Of a stretch of DNA of 34,787 nucleotides, positions 26,816 through 34,787 are shown piece by piece (position 1 is the stretch's first letter; each line of letters opens with the position of its first letter). Made by a program: the position numbers and the translations under genes. Where the stretch lies: IMG/VR virus record IMGVR_UViG_2630968342_000019; one strand, 5' to 3'. Below the pieces are notes generated by a model. The model was not told the origin of the DNA. It ran no database searches and saw nothing but the letters and a program-made list of their open reading frames with translations. The DNA is from a virus (lineage: Duplodnaviria; Heunggongvirae; Uroviricota; Caudoviricetes).

Positions 26816-27865
26816 TTAAATATTCATTTCTGACAAATGTTTTAAAATAGTTTCACCTACGACCTCACCAAGCCTAACAGGAACAGCATTACCTATTAAA
26901 CGCGCAACTGTTCTCATTTCAATTTTTACATCATCAGGCCAAAACTCATACTTTTCTGGGAATGACTGTAATAGCGCAGCCTCTCTTAAACTTAATGCTC
27001 TATTTTGGACAGGGTGCCCAAAGCGTCCATTCCCATATCCAATACATTGAGTTGTAATTGTCGGTCCAAGTTTATCCCAACACATTCTCCCATATACAGC
27101 AGTATATGTAGAACCACTTTCTTTTGTATGACATTTTGCTCTTAGCTCTTCTGGCCAATCACGCCATGTTCCACCAGGTTTTGATGCCATTATTCTTTTT
27201 ATATTAATATCAGATAATGATGCAGAGCGATGTAGTTTATCTCCAGCGTGAACAGCACCGGCACTAATTTCAGGAAGATTACCGATTATATCTCGCACCG
27301 TTTTATAATCATTCTTCTCATGAGTTGGTGGAATTATTTCTATTTCTCCATATTTTGATGCCAATAACACTAATCTTGAACGACTTTGTGCCATTCCATA
27401 GTCTGGACAAAACACCACCCCATACCAAACAAAATAGCCATCATTTTTAAGAGACTTAATGAAGTCCTTAAAAACCTTATGATTCACCACTCGGGGAACG
27501 TTTTCCATTGTAATAATATCTGGCTTTGCAAATTTAATTTGCTTAGCAAAGCTATAAAGCAAAGACCATCTTTTATCTTTTGAACGTACTACCCCTAATT
27601 TAGCACTATTAGTATAGCTTGAAAAAGGTTGGCATGGGGCACAACCAGCCAAAACTCGAACCTTCGCTCCTTCGAAATATTTAACTAATTCGCCGTCCTC
27701 AATGTCTGTAACACTTTTCTGGACAAAGAGTGATTTATTATTTGTCTCATAGGCAAATCGACAGGCTGCATCTATATCATAACCTGCAACTACATTAAGC
27801 CCCGACTTCTGAAGACCGTGAGTCAAGCCACCCGCGCCACAGAATAAATCAACAACCTTAATCAA
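26816..27865 (-). CDS. DNA (cytosine-5)-methyltransferase, Dcm-type
   Basis: C5-MTase motifs read from the translation: motif I DLFCGAGG, motif IV PCQPFS, motif VI ENV (TMENVPRVV), motif VIII QSRSR. Likely start is the TTG at 27865 (M/L-IKVVDLFCGAGG) preceded by AAGGAGG with a 6-nt spacer; the track ORF is extended to an upstream TTG at 27967. Confidence 0.85.
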   Translation of the reverse strand: MIKVVDLFCGAGGLTHGLQKSGLNVVAGYDIDAACRFAYETNNKSLFVQKSVTDIEDGELVKYFEGAKVRVLAGCAPCQPFSSYTNSAKLGVVRSKDKRWSLLYSFAKQIKFAKPDIITMENVPRVVNHKVFKDFIKSLKNDGYFVWYGVVFCPDYGMAQSRSRLVLLASKYGEIEIIPPTHEKNDYKTVRDIIGNLPEISAGAVHAGDKLHRSASLSDINIKRIMASKPGGTWRDWPEELRAKCHTKESGSTYTAVYGRMCWDKLGPTITTQCIGYGNGRFGHPVQNRALSLREAALLQSFPEKYEFWPDDVKIEMRTVARLIGNAVPVRLGEVVGETILKHLSEMNI

Positions 27866-27933
27866 GATAAACCTCCTTCTAATGCTGTGGGGATTGTAGC
27901 ATTGTTCTTTCTCATCATCGATGTTTACTTGAT

Positions 27934-27960
27934 GCTTGATTTGTGAATACAAAATCAAGC
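27934..27960. promoter_or_regulatory. 9-bp inverted repeat in the A-methyltransferase intergenic region (candidate operator or attenuator)
   Basis: GCTTGATTT (27934..27942) and AAATCAAGC (27952..27960) with a 9-bp spacer, between the A stop and the methyltransferase ribosome-binding site; no U-tract follows. Confidence 0.35.
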
Positions 27961-27976
27961 ATGTCAATCATTATTG

Positions 27977-30256
27977 TTAGTTTGTTTCAAATCCCGCCCA
28001 ACCATCAGAAATCGGATATGAAAACGTTTTCCCATCATAATTTACGGTCGCGCCACGCGCCAGCGCCTCAAGCTCCCATCGCTGCGGCCTGATACCGTTC
28101 TGAGCAAGGTCAACGCGGATACGGGTAATTTGCATTCTTTCCGACCGGGTCAGTCTGGCCGATGGTGCAATTTCATGTGGTTTTAACGAGCTTCCGTTTC
28201 TTTGCTGACGACTTGGCGTTCTCCGACCGTGTTTTAATGCACCTCTGAGCGCCCTCACGACCTCCGGGTCACTCCATTCGATAACACCGTCATCAACCAG
28301 ATTAAGCACTGCTGCGGCGTGCTCAGAAGGTGTGGGAGCCGGTAACGAAGTATCACCACCGGTGAGTTTTCCACAGTTATTGACAGGACTCCGAGGCGCG
28401 GCGATGCCGCTTTTTAAAGTCAAAGGCTCAACGACCGGCACTTTCGGAACAATGCGCCAGTCCGTCGTTCTGGTGATATGAATATGACGCGCGCCGAGAT
28501 GCGGCGCGTAAATGCCGACCACTCTCTCGACTTCTTCCTCGTACTCGTTAACTTCATCCGACGGACTACGGGCAACCCTGACAGTCTGACAATCGCGCGG
28601 AACATTTGCTCCACCCTGCGCGCTGATATACAACGCAAAATCACCACTGTCTGCGGCAGCGCGTGCAGCCTCGACGCGTTCGTCAAACTCATCAGCAATG
28701 CTGACGCCGCGAGGCAATTTGCGTAGTTCACGGTAAGCCCCCATTGTCGGCAGGCCAACCGTTTTAAATTGCGGAATGCGCCACGTTGACGCCCATGCGG
28801 TAACAGCCGCGGCAGTGTCTTTCAGCGGCCTGCCGGTATCGTTATCGAGCTGACCATCCAGTGCATAGCCATCGATGTTTTTTGAAATGTATTTCGCGAT
28901 ATACCCCGCAGCACCGCCCCGGTTAAGGTGTTTTGCCTGAAAACGGTTTCGCGCAGCTCCTCTTTCGTCGCCATCCTCTTTGAGCGCGTAGCGACGCATG
29001 ATTTCAATAATCTGGTTACGCTGGCGTGGATTACAAAAAAGCATCATATGCCAGTGCGGCGTTCCGTCGTGGTGTGGCTCGACGACTCGCAAACCGTAGA
29101 CCTGTAAATCATTATCCTTGAATGCCGTGCGCATCAGGCTCCAGATACGGCAGAGATAACGCTGCGCATCCTTTGGATTAAATGCCTCATCGTTCCAGCC
29201 GTGATTTAGCTGGACGGTTTTACTTTCTCCTTTTCCGACCTGACGTGTCGGGTGATACTTTGACGGCGCGGTCAGCGTGATAAACATCCCCACATCACCC
29301 TCTGCTGCGGCGTAACGCTCAATACCGGCGATGGTGTTCATCAGCTCCATCCGGCGAATTTCTGGATTAGAAATACTGCCCATCACCTTACTGATAAGGT
29401 CGATGCGCTCGCCGGTTTCCTTGTTTTCAAGGTCACACGATTTAAGAAACTCCAGATTTGCCTGGCGGCGCGCACGCACATCACGAATGGCATGTTTACT
29501 GGCATAAGGAGAACGGTCTTTATTGACCTCCCCGACAGCAATCAGTAACGCCTCATGCCAGCGCATACGCTGGCCTTTAAGCTGATGAGTCCACCACTCA
29601 TCGTTAAACAGACGGGCAATGGCAGAATATGCCTGCCTCGTGGTTATCTGTCCTTTACGGTATTTTTTCCAGTAGAGCGGGGAAATATTGAAAGCACGTG
29701 CAGCGCCAGCAACATGACCATACAGGTGAGTCTGCGCCTCATCCGTAAACAGCGATTCTTTTTCGCCATGTGCATCAACCCATGCATCGCAGAGTTCCTC
29801 ATACATCATGAAAAGCTGCGATGAGATACGGGCGGCAAACTTTTTCAGCTCCTTGTCATTCATTCCAGGCAGGCGCGCATAGTGGTCACGCTCTGCCAGA
29901 AACAGCAACGACGCGTCGGTGTTCATTTCATGGCGCTGATTCACGCGCTCAATGCGCGGCCATAAACGACGCTGAAAAGTGGATGTGAGGAAATAAAACC
30001 CGTGCACCGGGCTTTTATTGCGCCGGATGTAGTCATAGCGTGAAGTAAACAGCGAGCGCAAAAAGTAAGGCAGGCGGTTAATCGTGGATAAAACACCTTG
30101 CACCTGACGCATCTCGTCACGTGTAAGGGGTCTTTCGCGCCCGACGGCCTCGCGTGGCGCGTTCCATGCATAAGCACCGGTAAACGCCTTACCGGTGCCT
30201 GCAGCAAATGCTGACGGAGGTACGCAGGTGTATTGCTCCTGGAAAGAATGACTCAT
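27977..30256 (-). CDS. A: Replication initiation protein (P2 gpA-like rolling-circle endonuclease)
   Basis: 759-aa ORF (P2 A is about 761 aa) recognised as gpA; last gene of the early operon on this strand. Confidence 0.92.
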   Translation of the reverse strand: MSHSFQEQYTCVPPSAFAAGTGKAFTGAYAWNAPREAVGRERPLTRDEMRQVQGVLSTINRLPYFLRSLFTSRYDYIRRNKSPVHGFYFLTSTFQRRLWPRIERVNQRHEMNTDASLLFLAERDHYARLPGMNDKELKKFAARISSQLFMMYEELCDAWVDAHGEKESLFTDEAQTHLYGHVAGAARAFNISPLYWKKYRKGQITTRQAYSAIARLFNDEWWTHQLKGQRMRWHEALLIAVGEVNKDRSPYASKHAIRDVRARRQANLEFLKSCDLENKETGERIDLISKVMGSISNPEIRRMELMNTIAGIERYAAAEGDVGMFITLTAPSKYHPTRQVGKGESKTVQLNHGWNDEAFNPKDAQRYLCRIWSLMRTAFKDNDLQVYGLRVVEPHHDGTPHWHMMLFCNPRQRNQIIEIMRRYALKEDGDERGAARNRFQAKHLNRGGAAGYIAKYISKNIDGYALDGQLDNDTGRPLKDTAAAVTAWASTWRIPQFKTVGLPTMGAYRELRKLPRGVSIADEFDERVEAARAAADSGDFALYISAQGGANVPRDCQTVRVARSPSDEVNEYEEEVERVVGIYAPHLGARHIHITRTTDWRIVPKVPVVEPLTLKSGIAAPRSPVNNCGKLTGGDTSLPAPTPSEHAAAVLNLVDDGVIEWSDPEVVRALRGALKHGRRTPSRQQRNGSSLKPHEIAPSARLTRSERMQITRIRVDLAQNGIRPQRWELEALARGATVNYDGKTFSYPISDGWAGFETN

Positions 30257-31260
30257 TCACATACACCGGCATAGACACTACTGCAAACTGACTTATCATT
30301 CACCGAAGCCAGCAAATCAAACTGTGCCCCGCCACGCGTGGTCATCGCCCAGTCACGATAAGACTCAATTCCGTAAGCATCGACAGTAATAATATCAATG
30401 CGGCGTTCCGCACGACGCGGGTCATGAGTTGACGGGAAGAAAGTAGAATTTCCGCGTCTGGAGCATGCGGCGACAAGTCGCTCCCATTCCGCAACACGCT
30501 TAACCTCTTCCGGCCAGCGACTAAAAATTTCAGCTAATTCAGACTTTCTGGCGTGGATGCAGGGCATACAACCGACACGACTGCATCCCTGCTGGTATAA
30601 CGGATTAGGTTTAATTCCATGACGTCTTGCAAATGCAAATACCTCCTCATGCGTCCAGTTCAGAATAGGACGGTATACATGGAGCCCGGGCGTATTGTCC
30701 GCATCCTCTTCCCAGGCAGGCAGACCCGCGCGCGCAGGAGACTCCTGAGCGCGAACCCCCTGCCAGCTAATTACCTCATCAAACTCATTAAGCGCAGGTA
30801 ACACGACCTGAGTACGTACTGGCTCATGTTTAAGGTCAAAAGTGCAAAATCTGGCTTTAGTGGAAGGAAATCGCCCTTTCCACATGCACAAATCAAGAAA
30901 TGGGATACCAGTAGGCTTGAGAATTTCCAGCGCACAATTGATGCGCTCTGCCGCTTCCCCCGGAGACATTCCGCACTCTTCAACCAGAGAAACAGGCCAT
31001 TTCTCAGCAATAAACTTGCGCTTACCTTCAATCTGTCGGGAGAAGTCAGCTTTAACCCGTTTAACCGGCCCGAGTCGGTTCTCCAGATAATCGAGATACT
31101 CCATTGTCTGCGGATGCTCATGCCCGGTGTCTGCAAAAACCGGCAAAAAATGCACACCGCTTTCAATACCAACAAGCCATTGAGCAAGGCTATCCTTTCC
31201 GCCAGAAACAGAAATAATATTGATAGAGCTTTCAGCTCGGCAGCGGGTATCAACTATCAT
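30253..31260 (-). CDS. PAPS reductase family (PP-loop ATP pyrophosphatase) protein, DndC/CysH-like
   Basis: 335-aa ORF with PP-loop SGGKDS near the N-terminus, DTGHEHPQT motif and a C-terminal cysteine cluster (CSRVGCMPC); stop overlaps the A start, so it is translationally coupled in the early operon. Not part of the P2 reference gene set as I recall it. Confidence 0.8.
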   Translation of the reverse strand: MIVDTRCRAESSINIISVSGGKDSLAQWLVGIESGVHFLPVFADTGHEHPQTMEYLDYLENRLGPVKRVKADFSRQIEGKRKFIAEKWPVSLVEECGMSPGEAAERINCALEILKPTGIPFLDLCMWKGRFPSTKARFCTFDLKHEPVRTQVVLPALNEFDEVISWQGVRAQESPARAGLPAWEEDADNTPGLHVYRPILNWTHEEVFAFARRHGIKPNPLYQQGCSRVGCMPCIHARKSELAEIFSRWPEEVKRVAEWERLVAACSRRGNSTFFPSTHDPRRAERRIDIITVDAYGIESYRDWAMTTRGGAQFDLLASVNDKSVCSSVYAGVCE

Positions 31261-31538
31261 TTAGATTTCCCCGCACAGAGAAACGCAGTCAGACACTGCT
31301 GACCGAGCTGCTCAACCTGAGAGCTCAGCGCCTCAAAAGAGACAGCGTTACCGCTCAAAATATCGTGATGGATCAGACCGGAAACGAGCTGGTTTAATTT
31401 GGGGTAATAGCCGACAACATCCAGCCACTCTTTACCGGCATTCTTCCCGGTTTCAGCGATCTTTCTCTCCTGCAAAATGAACTGAAAACGGTCATTTGTG
31501 ACGACATAACGCTCGCCAATCTCGATACGAATGCTCAT
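31257..31538 (-). CDS. P2-type early-operon small protein (Orf83-like)
   Basis: 93-aa ORF in the B-to-A interval where P2 carries orf80-83; start overlaps the preceding stop. Confidence 0.55.
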   Translation of the reverse strand: MSIRIEIGERYVVTNDRFQFILQERKIAETGKNAGKEWLDVVGYYPKLNQLVSGLIHHDILSGNAVSFEALSSQVEQLGQQCLTAFLCAGKSK

Positions 31539-31759
31539 GCCATTCTCCGGTAATGCTTGTTTTTTGCTTCAAAGACTGACTGGCAGGAAACACAACGCGT
31601 GGCTGACGGATAAGCCGCACGACGGGCAGCAGGTATTGGCGCGTTACACTCTTCGCAAACCAGCGCAGAAGCACCGCAATGTTTTACCCTTGCCGCGTTA
31701 ATCTGGCGCTCCAGTAATTCAGCCTGTTGTTCCTGAATAAAATCTACGTTGTCCGGCAT
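31535..31759 (-). CDS. TraR/DksA-family C4 zinc-finger protein (P2 Orf82-like)
   Basis: 74-aa ORF with C-x2-C...C-x2-C (CEECNAPIPAARRAAYPSATRCVSC), the typical TraR/DksA-type zinc finger of P2-like early operons. Confidence 0.7.
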   Translation of the reverse strand: MPDNVDFIQEQQAELLERQINAARVKHCGASALVCEECNAPIPAARRAAYPSATRCVSCQSVFEAKNKHYRRMA

Positions 31760-31761
31760 TA

Positions 31762-32064
31762 TCAGCTCCTTTTATCGTTAAGTTTCCTGGATACATCAGC
31801 GCAATAACTGGCAAGTTCTGTCGTTAATTTTGTCAGTTCATCCACGGAGGAAATTTGCTTGTGGAATACAGCGCGTTTAACAAGTAAATTGACCACATCA
31901 GACAGGAGGTTTAATTCATTCTGATAAATCGCGATAACAGATTCAGTTATGTCACGTTTTTCTTTATCAAGACAAAGTTGAATAAGAGACAAATCGCCAT
32001 TTTTCATAACGGCGATTTTTAAGGCGTTATTCAGTAATACAACTGAATGAGAACAGGACATCAA
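31762..32064 (-). CDS. P2-type early-operon small protein (Orf81-like)
   Basis: 100-aa ORF, translationally coupled within the early operon. Confidence 0.5.
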   Translation of the reverse strand: MMSCSHSVVLLNNALKIAVMKNGDLSLIQLCLDKEKRDITESVIAIYQNELNLLSDVVNLLVKRAVFHKQISSVDELTKLTTELASYCADVSRKLNDKRS

Positions 32065-32285
32065 AGTACCTCCCCGCGAGACAATCCGATATTGTGAAAT
32101 TTTTCCGACTCCTGACTGAGCAGCTCGACTATCTCCACGCGGGATAACTCCGCCTTTGTGATATGGCGAATCATGGCGTCAAGATGAGAAGAAAAGCGCG
32201 TCGCAGCGTCGGCCTGTGCTTCGGTTCTGGCCTGTTGCAGCAGTAATGCGTATTTACCGCACTGATTTTCAGAAACTGTATGCAT
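32061..32285 (-). CDS. P2-type early-operon small protein (Orf80-like)
   Basis: 74-aa ORF directly downstream of B; stop overlaps the next start. Confidence 0.5.
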   Translation of the reverse strand: MHTVSENQCGKYALLLQQARTEAQADAATRFSSHLDAMIRHITKAELSRVEIVELLSQESEKFHNIGLSRGEVL

Positions 32286-32348
32286 GACTTTCTCCAGGCA
32301 AAAAGAAGCCCCGCACGATTAAGTGCGTTAAAAACTCTGGTTAATTAC

Positions 32349-32855
32349 TTAATGCAGATATTGCTCTGGTTTTACCGACGTCAGAATTGTCGGTGCATAC
32401 TCAAACAGACTGAATAATTCACGTAATGCACGGAATAAAGCATCACGCCAGTAACATGACTCTTCATTAATTCGCCAGTATGGCTGGTTGAATTCTTTTT
32501 CAGTCAATCCGGCATGCATAAATAAAGTACGACGCTGACTGACTGTTAAAAAACTAATATATGCATACTCACTTGCGCCAACCTGACGGCGTTTTGAGAA
32601 TGCCCCACGCAATTCATCAATTGCACAAACCAGCCGTTCACGTTCGACGTCGTTCATTTCTTCAAAACGCATCGTTGCGTGACGTTGTTTTAACTGCGCA
32701 TGAAAGCAAACTGTTAGCCGTTCGCGCTCCATCATCTGATTATAATAATCACATGTATCCTGCCAGCGAGGAACGGCAAGATGCTTACCAATTATCCGGC
32801 GCATAGCTGCTGGCTGTTTTTCAACGAGATTGAGCGTCATCACTGTCATTTCCAT
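32349..32855 (-). CDS. B: Replication protein B (P2 gpB-like)
   Basis: 168-aa ORF recognised as P2 gpB, which is of similar size; exact start (MEMTVMTLNL...) uncertain by a few codons. Confidence 0.85.
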   Translation of the reverse strand: MEMTVMTLNLVEKQPAAMRRIIGKHLAVPRWQDTCDYYNQMMERERLTVCFHAQLKQRHATMRFEEMNDVERERLVCAIDELRGAFSKRRQVGASEYAYISFLTVSQRRTLFMHAGLTEKEFNQPYWRINEESCYWRDALFRALRELFSLFEYAPTILTSVKPEQYLH

Positions 32856-33016
32856 ACCCTCCGGCTTTTCAGAAAGGTCAGAGCCTTTTTTAACGGACTC
32901 TGTTTTTTGGTGCGGATAATGATTCCCTTACGCCCCTTACCGTGGGTGATGGTGAAGTCAATCGCCCTTGGGCTTTCGTTACGCAGTAACTGAGCAATAC
33001 AACGCGGTTCACTCAT
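32846..33016 (-). CDS. Small protein between cox and B (P2 Orf78-like)
   Basis: Short ORF between cox and B; I chose the internal Met (MSEPRC...) so that it begins just after the cox stop; support is positional only. Confidence 0.4.
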   Translation of the reverse strand: MSEPRCIAQLLRNESPRAIDFTITHGKGRKGIIIRTKKQSPLKKALTFLKSRRVWK

Positions 33017-33018
33017 AA

Positions 33019-33291
33019 TCACAACCCCATCCACAAAAGCCATGCATCACGCTGTTCAACTGGTCGGTTATAAAACGCCTCTCGTACAGCGCGATTAAAC
33101 TCTGGAATGAAAACCCACTTCTCACCGACACGAGCGTTCGGCTTACTTGGATCACGAAGCTCAATAACTGGCAATTTATTCTCTTTTACCATCTTGACTA
33201 CAGCCGTTTCTGGCTTACCAAGTAACTCTGCAAACTTAACCGTATGTACCGCATCAATCGGGTACTGAATCACATAGTCATTGACTTCCAT
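33019..33291 (-). CDS. cox: Cox-like excisionase and transcriptional regulator
   Basis: 90-aa ORF, first gene of the early operon, divergent from C; C-terminus ...RDAWLLWMGL resembles P2 Cox (...WLMWLGL). Confidence 0.8.
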   Translation of the reverse strand: MEVNDYVIQYPIDAVHTVKFAELLGKPETAVVKMVKENKLPVIELRDPSKPNARVGEKWVFIPEFNRAVREAFYNRPVEQRDAWLLWMGL

Positions 33292-33387
33292 TGATTAGCC
33301 CTTTTTGCTTTCGTGTTACCCTTATTAGATCCAGTCCCTTCTAGGTCGCCCCTGTCCTTTCTAGGGACTGGCTAACACACTCAAAAG

Positions 33388-33431
33388 GTCACCAATACAC
33401 AACCTTTTGACGGGAATATAAGTCACCAATA
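33388..33431. promoter_or_regulatory. Direct repeats GTCACCAATA (x2) in the C/cox divergent promoter region; candidate immunity operator
   Basis: Identical 10-bp repeats at 33388..33397 and 33422..33431 in the 152-bp interval between the cox and C starts, where the P2 Pe/Pc switch lies. Confidence 0.35.
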
Positions 33432-33443
33432 GGTTACTGTCAA

Positions 33444-33737
33444 ATGCAGACATTCGAAAAACTGAAAGCGATTAGGAAAGCAGAAGGCTTAACACAGGCG
33501 AAATTCAGCGAAATTAGCGGGATAGCTCTAGGAACAGTCAAAAATTACGAAAGTGGGCATAAAGACCCTGGTCTCAGCATCGTTATGCGAGTCACAAATA
33601 CGCCTTTATTTAAAAAATATACGCTCTGGTTAATGACTGGTGATACGTCACCACAAGCTGGTCAGATCGCGCCGGCTCTCGCACACATTGGGCAAAAACC
33701 AACAGAATCAGACCACTCCGAAAAACGGACTGGTTAA
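33444..33737 (+). CDS. C: Immunity repressor (P2 C-like, helix-turn-helix)
   Basis: 97-aa ORF (P2 C is 99 aa) with an N-terminal HTH-like region (LTQAKFSEISGIALGTVKNYESG); divergent from cox and upstream of int. Confidence 0.8.
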   Translation: MQTFEKLKAIRKAEGLTQAKFSEISGIALGTVKNYESGHKDPGLSIVMRVTNTPLFKKYTLWLMTGDTSPQAGQIAPALAHIGQKPTESDHSEKRTG

Positions 33738-33806
33738 CACTCTATAAACATTATATTTTCACCATTTGTTACCAAGATGGTGAATACAGCGTCAGAGGGC
33801 TTTCTT

Positions 33807-34787
33807 ATGTCAATTAAGAAGCTCGATGATGGACGCTATGAAGTGGACATTAGACCTCGCGGTCGCGACGGAAAACGCATCCGCAGGAAATTTGAAAGAA
33901 AAGCTGAGGCTGTAGCATTTGAGCGATACACAATCGCCTACGCCAGCCAGAAAGAATGGGCAGGTCAGCGAGCAGATCGCAGAACTTTGAGTGAGTTGCT
34001 GGACATCTGGTGGAAATATCACGGGCAAAACCACGAGCATGGAACAAAAGAGTTTAATCATCTGCTCAAAACCATCAGCGGCATAGGTGATATACCAGTG
34101 AGCCGGATGAGCAAAAGAGCTTTGATGGATTATCGTTCCATGCGACTACGTGATGGTATCAGTGCCGCAACGATAAACCGTGACATGTACCGATTATCCG
34201 GCATGTTCACAAAATTAATTCAATTGGATGAATTTTCCGGGCAACACCCAATTCACGGACTGCCGCCACTGGCGGAGGCCAACCCTGAAATGACGTTCCT
34301 GGAAAAAGCAGAAATCGAAAAACTGTTAAATGTTTTGGATGGTGATGACTTACTTGTCGCACTTTTATGTCTGAGCACTGGAGGAAGATGGACGGAAGTT
34401 GCCACGCTAAAACCAGCACAGATTACAAATTGCAGGGTTACCTTCCTGAAAACCAAAAACGGTAAAAAGCGAACCGTGCCGATTTCTGAGGAACTGGAGA
34501 AAAAAGTTAAAGAGGAGGCCAGCGCTAAATTATTCAAAGTTGATTATGAGAAGTTTTGCGGGATTTTACGCAGAGTGAAGCCAGATATACCACCCAATCA
34601 GGCAACCCACATCCTGCGGCATACATTCGCAAGCCATTTCATGATGAATGGGGGCAATATAATCGCACTGCAACAGATTCTGGGACATGCGAGCATTCAG
34701 CAGACGATGGCCTATGCGCACCTTGCGCCTGACTACCTGCAAAATGCCGTCGCGCTGAATCCTCTAAAAGGCGGAGTGACGTTATAA
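33807..34787 (+). CDS. int: Tyrosine integrase (P2 Int-like)
   Basis: Recognised as P2 Int from MSIKKLDDGRYEVDIRPRGRDGKRIRRKF...; C-terminal catalytic region with HILRH and ...GHASIQQTMAYAH (catalytic Tyr); start chosen at the ATG at 33807 with an AGAGGG Shine-Dalgarno rather than the upstream ATG at 33777. Confidence 0.9.
   Translation: MSIKKLDDGRYEVDIRPRGRDGKRIRRKFERKAEAVAFERYTIAYASQKEWAGQRADRRTLSELLDIWWKYHGQNHEHGTKEFNHLLKTISGIGDIPVSRMSKRALMDYRSMRLRDGISAATINRDMYRLSGMFTKLIQLDEFSGQHPIHGLPPLAEANPEMTFLEKAEIEKLLNVLDGDDLLVALLCLSTGGRWTEVATLKPAQITNCRVTFLKTKNGKKRTVPISEELEKKVKEEASAKLFKVDYEKFCGILRRVKPDIPPNQATHILRHTFASHFMMNGGNIIALQQILGHASIQQTMAYAHLAPDYLQNAVALNPLKGGVTL

Noticed and set aside
24385-27970. 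P2 tin and old genes expected between A and cos
   Set aside because: No OLD-family (ABC ATPase plus TOPRIM) or Tin-like ORF is present; the locus holds the GHKL-nuclease and methyltransferase cargo instead.
1-34787. Prophage attachment sites, ogr, and any tRNA integration target
   Set aside because: The window starts at the D stop codon and ends at the int stop codon. ogr and att would lie just outside, and I saw no tRNA-like sequence inside the window.

Overview
The window is an almost complete P2-like (Peduovirus-type) temperate prophage of an enterobacterium, lying in reverse orientation to the standard P2 map. Reading left to right: tail genes D-U-T-E/E'-FII-FI (minus strand), an AT-rich single-gene moron at the P2 Z/fun position, tail-fibre genes G and H, baseplate genes I-J-W-V, tail completion S-R, the lysis cassette (lysC/lysB/lysA/K/Y), X, L, capsid genes M-N-O, then terminase P and portal Q on the plus strand, a P2-type cos site, an AT-rich cargo island at the P2 tin/old position, replication gene A, a PAPS-reductase-family gene, four small early-operon genes, B, cox, and the divergent C repressor and integrase. 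All identifications rest on my recognition of the translated ORFs and motifs read directly from the sequence; no database search was possible. Three things stand out. First, tin/old is replaced by a 652-aa protein with a GHKL-type ATPase N-terminus and a PD-(D/E)xK-like nuclease C-terminus, convergent with a Dcm-type C5-cytosine methyltransferase; this is the best candidate for an undescribed defence or DNA-modification-linked system. Second, a 197-aa membrane-anchored protein of unknown function sits at the Z/fun hotspot with its own terminator. Third, an IS21-family element (intact istA, apparently decayed istB) is inserted in baseplate gene J with a 6-bp target duplication, so the prophage is probably defective for virion production. 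ogr and the att sites lie outside the window.
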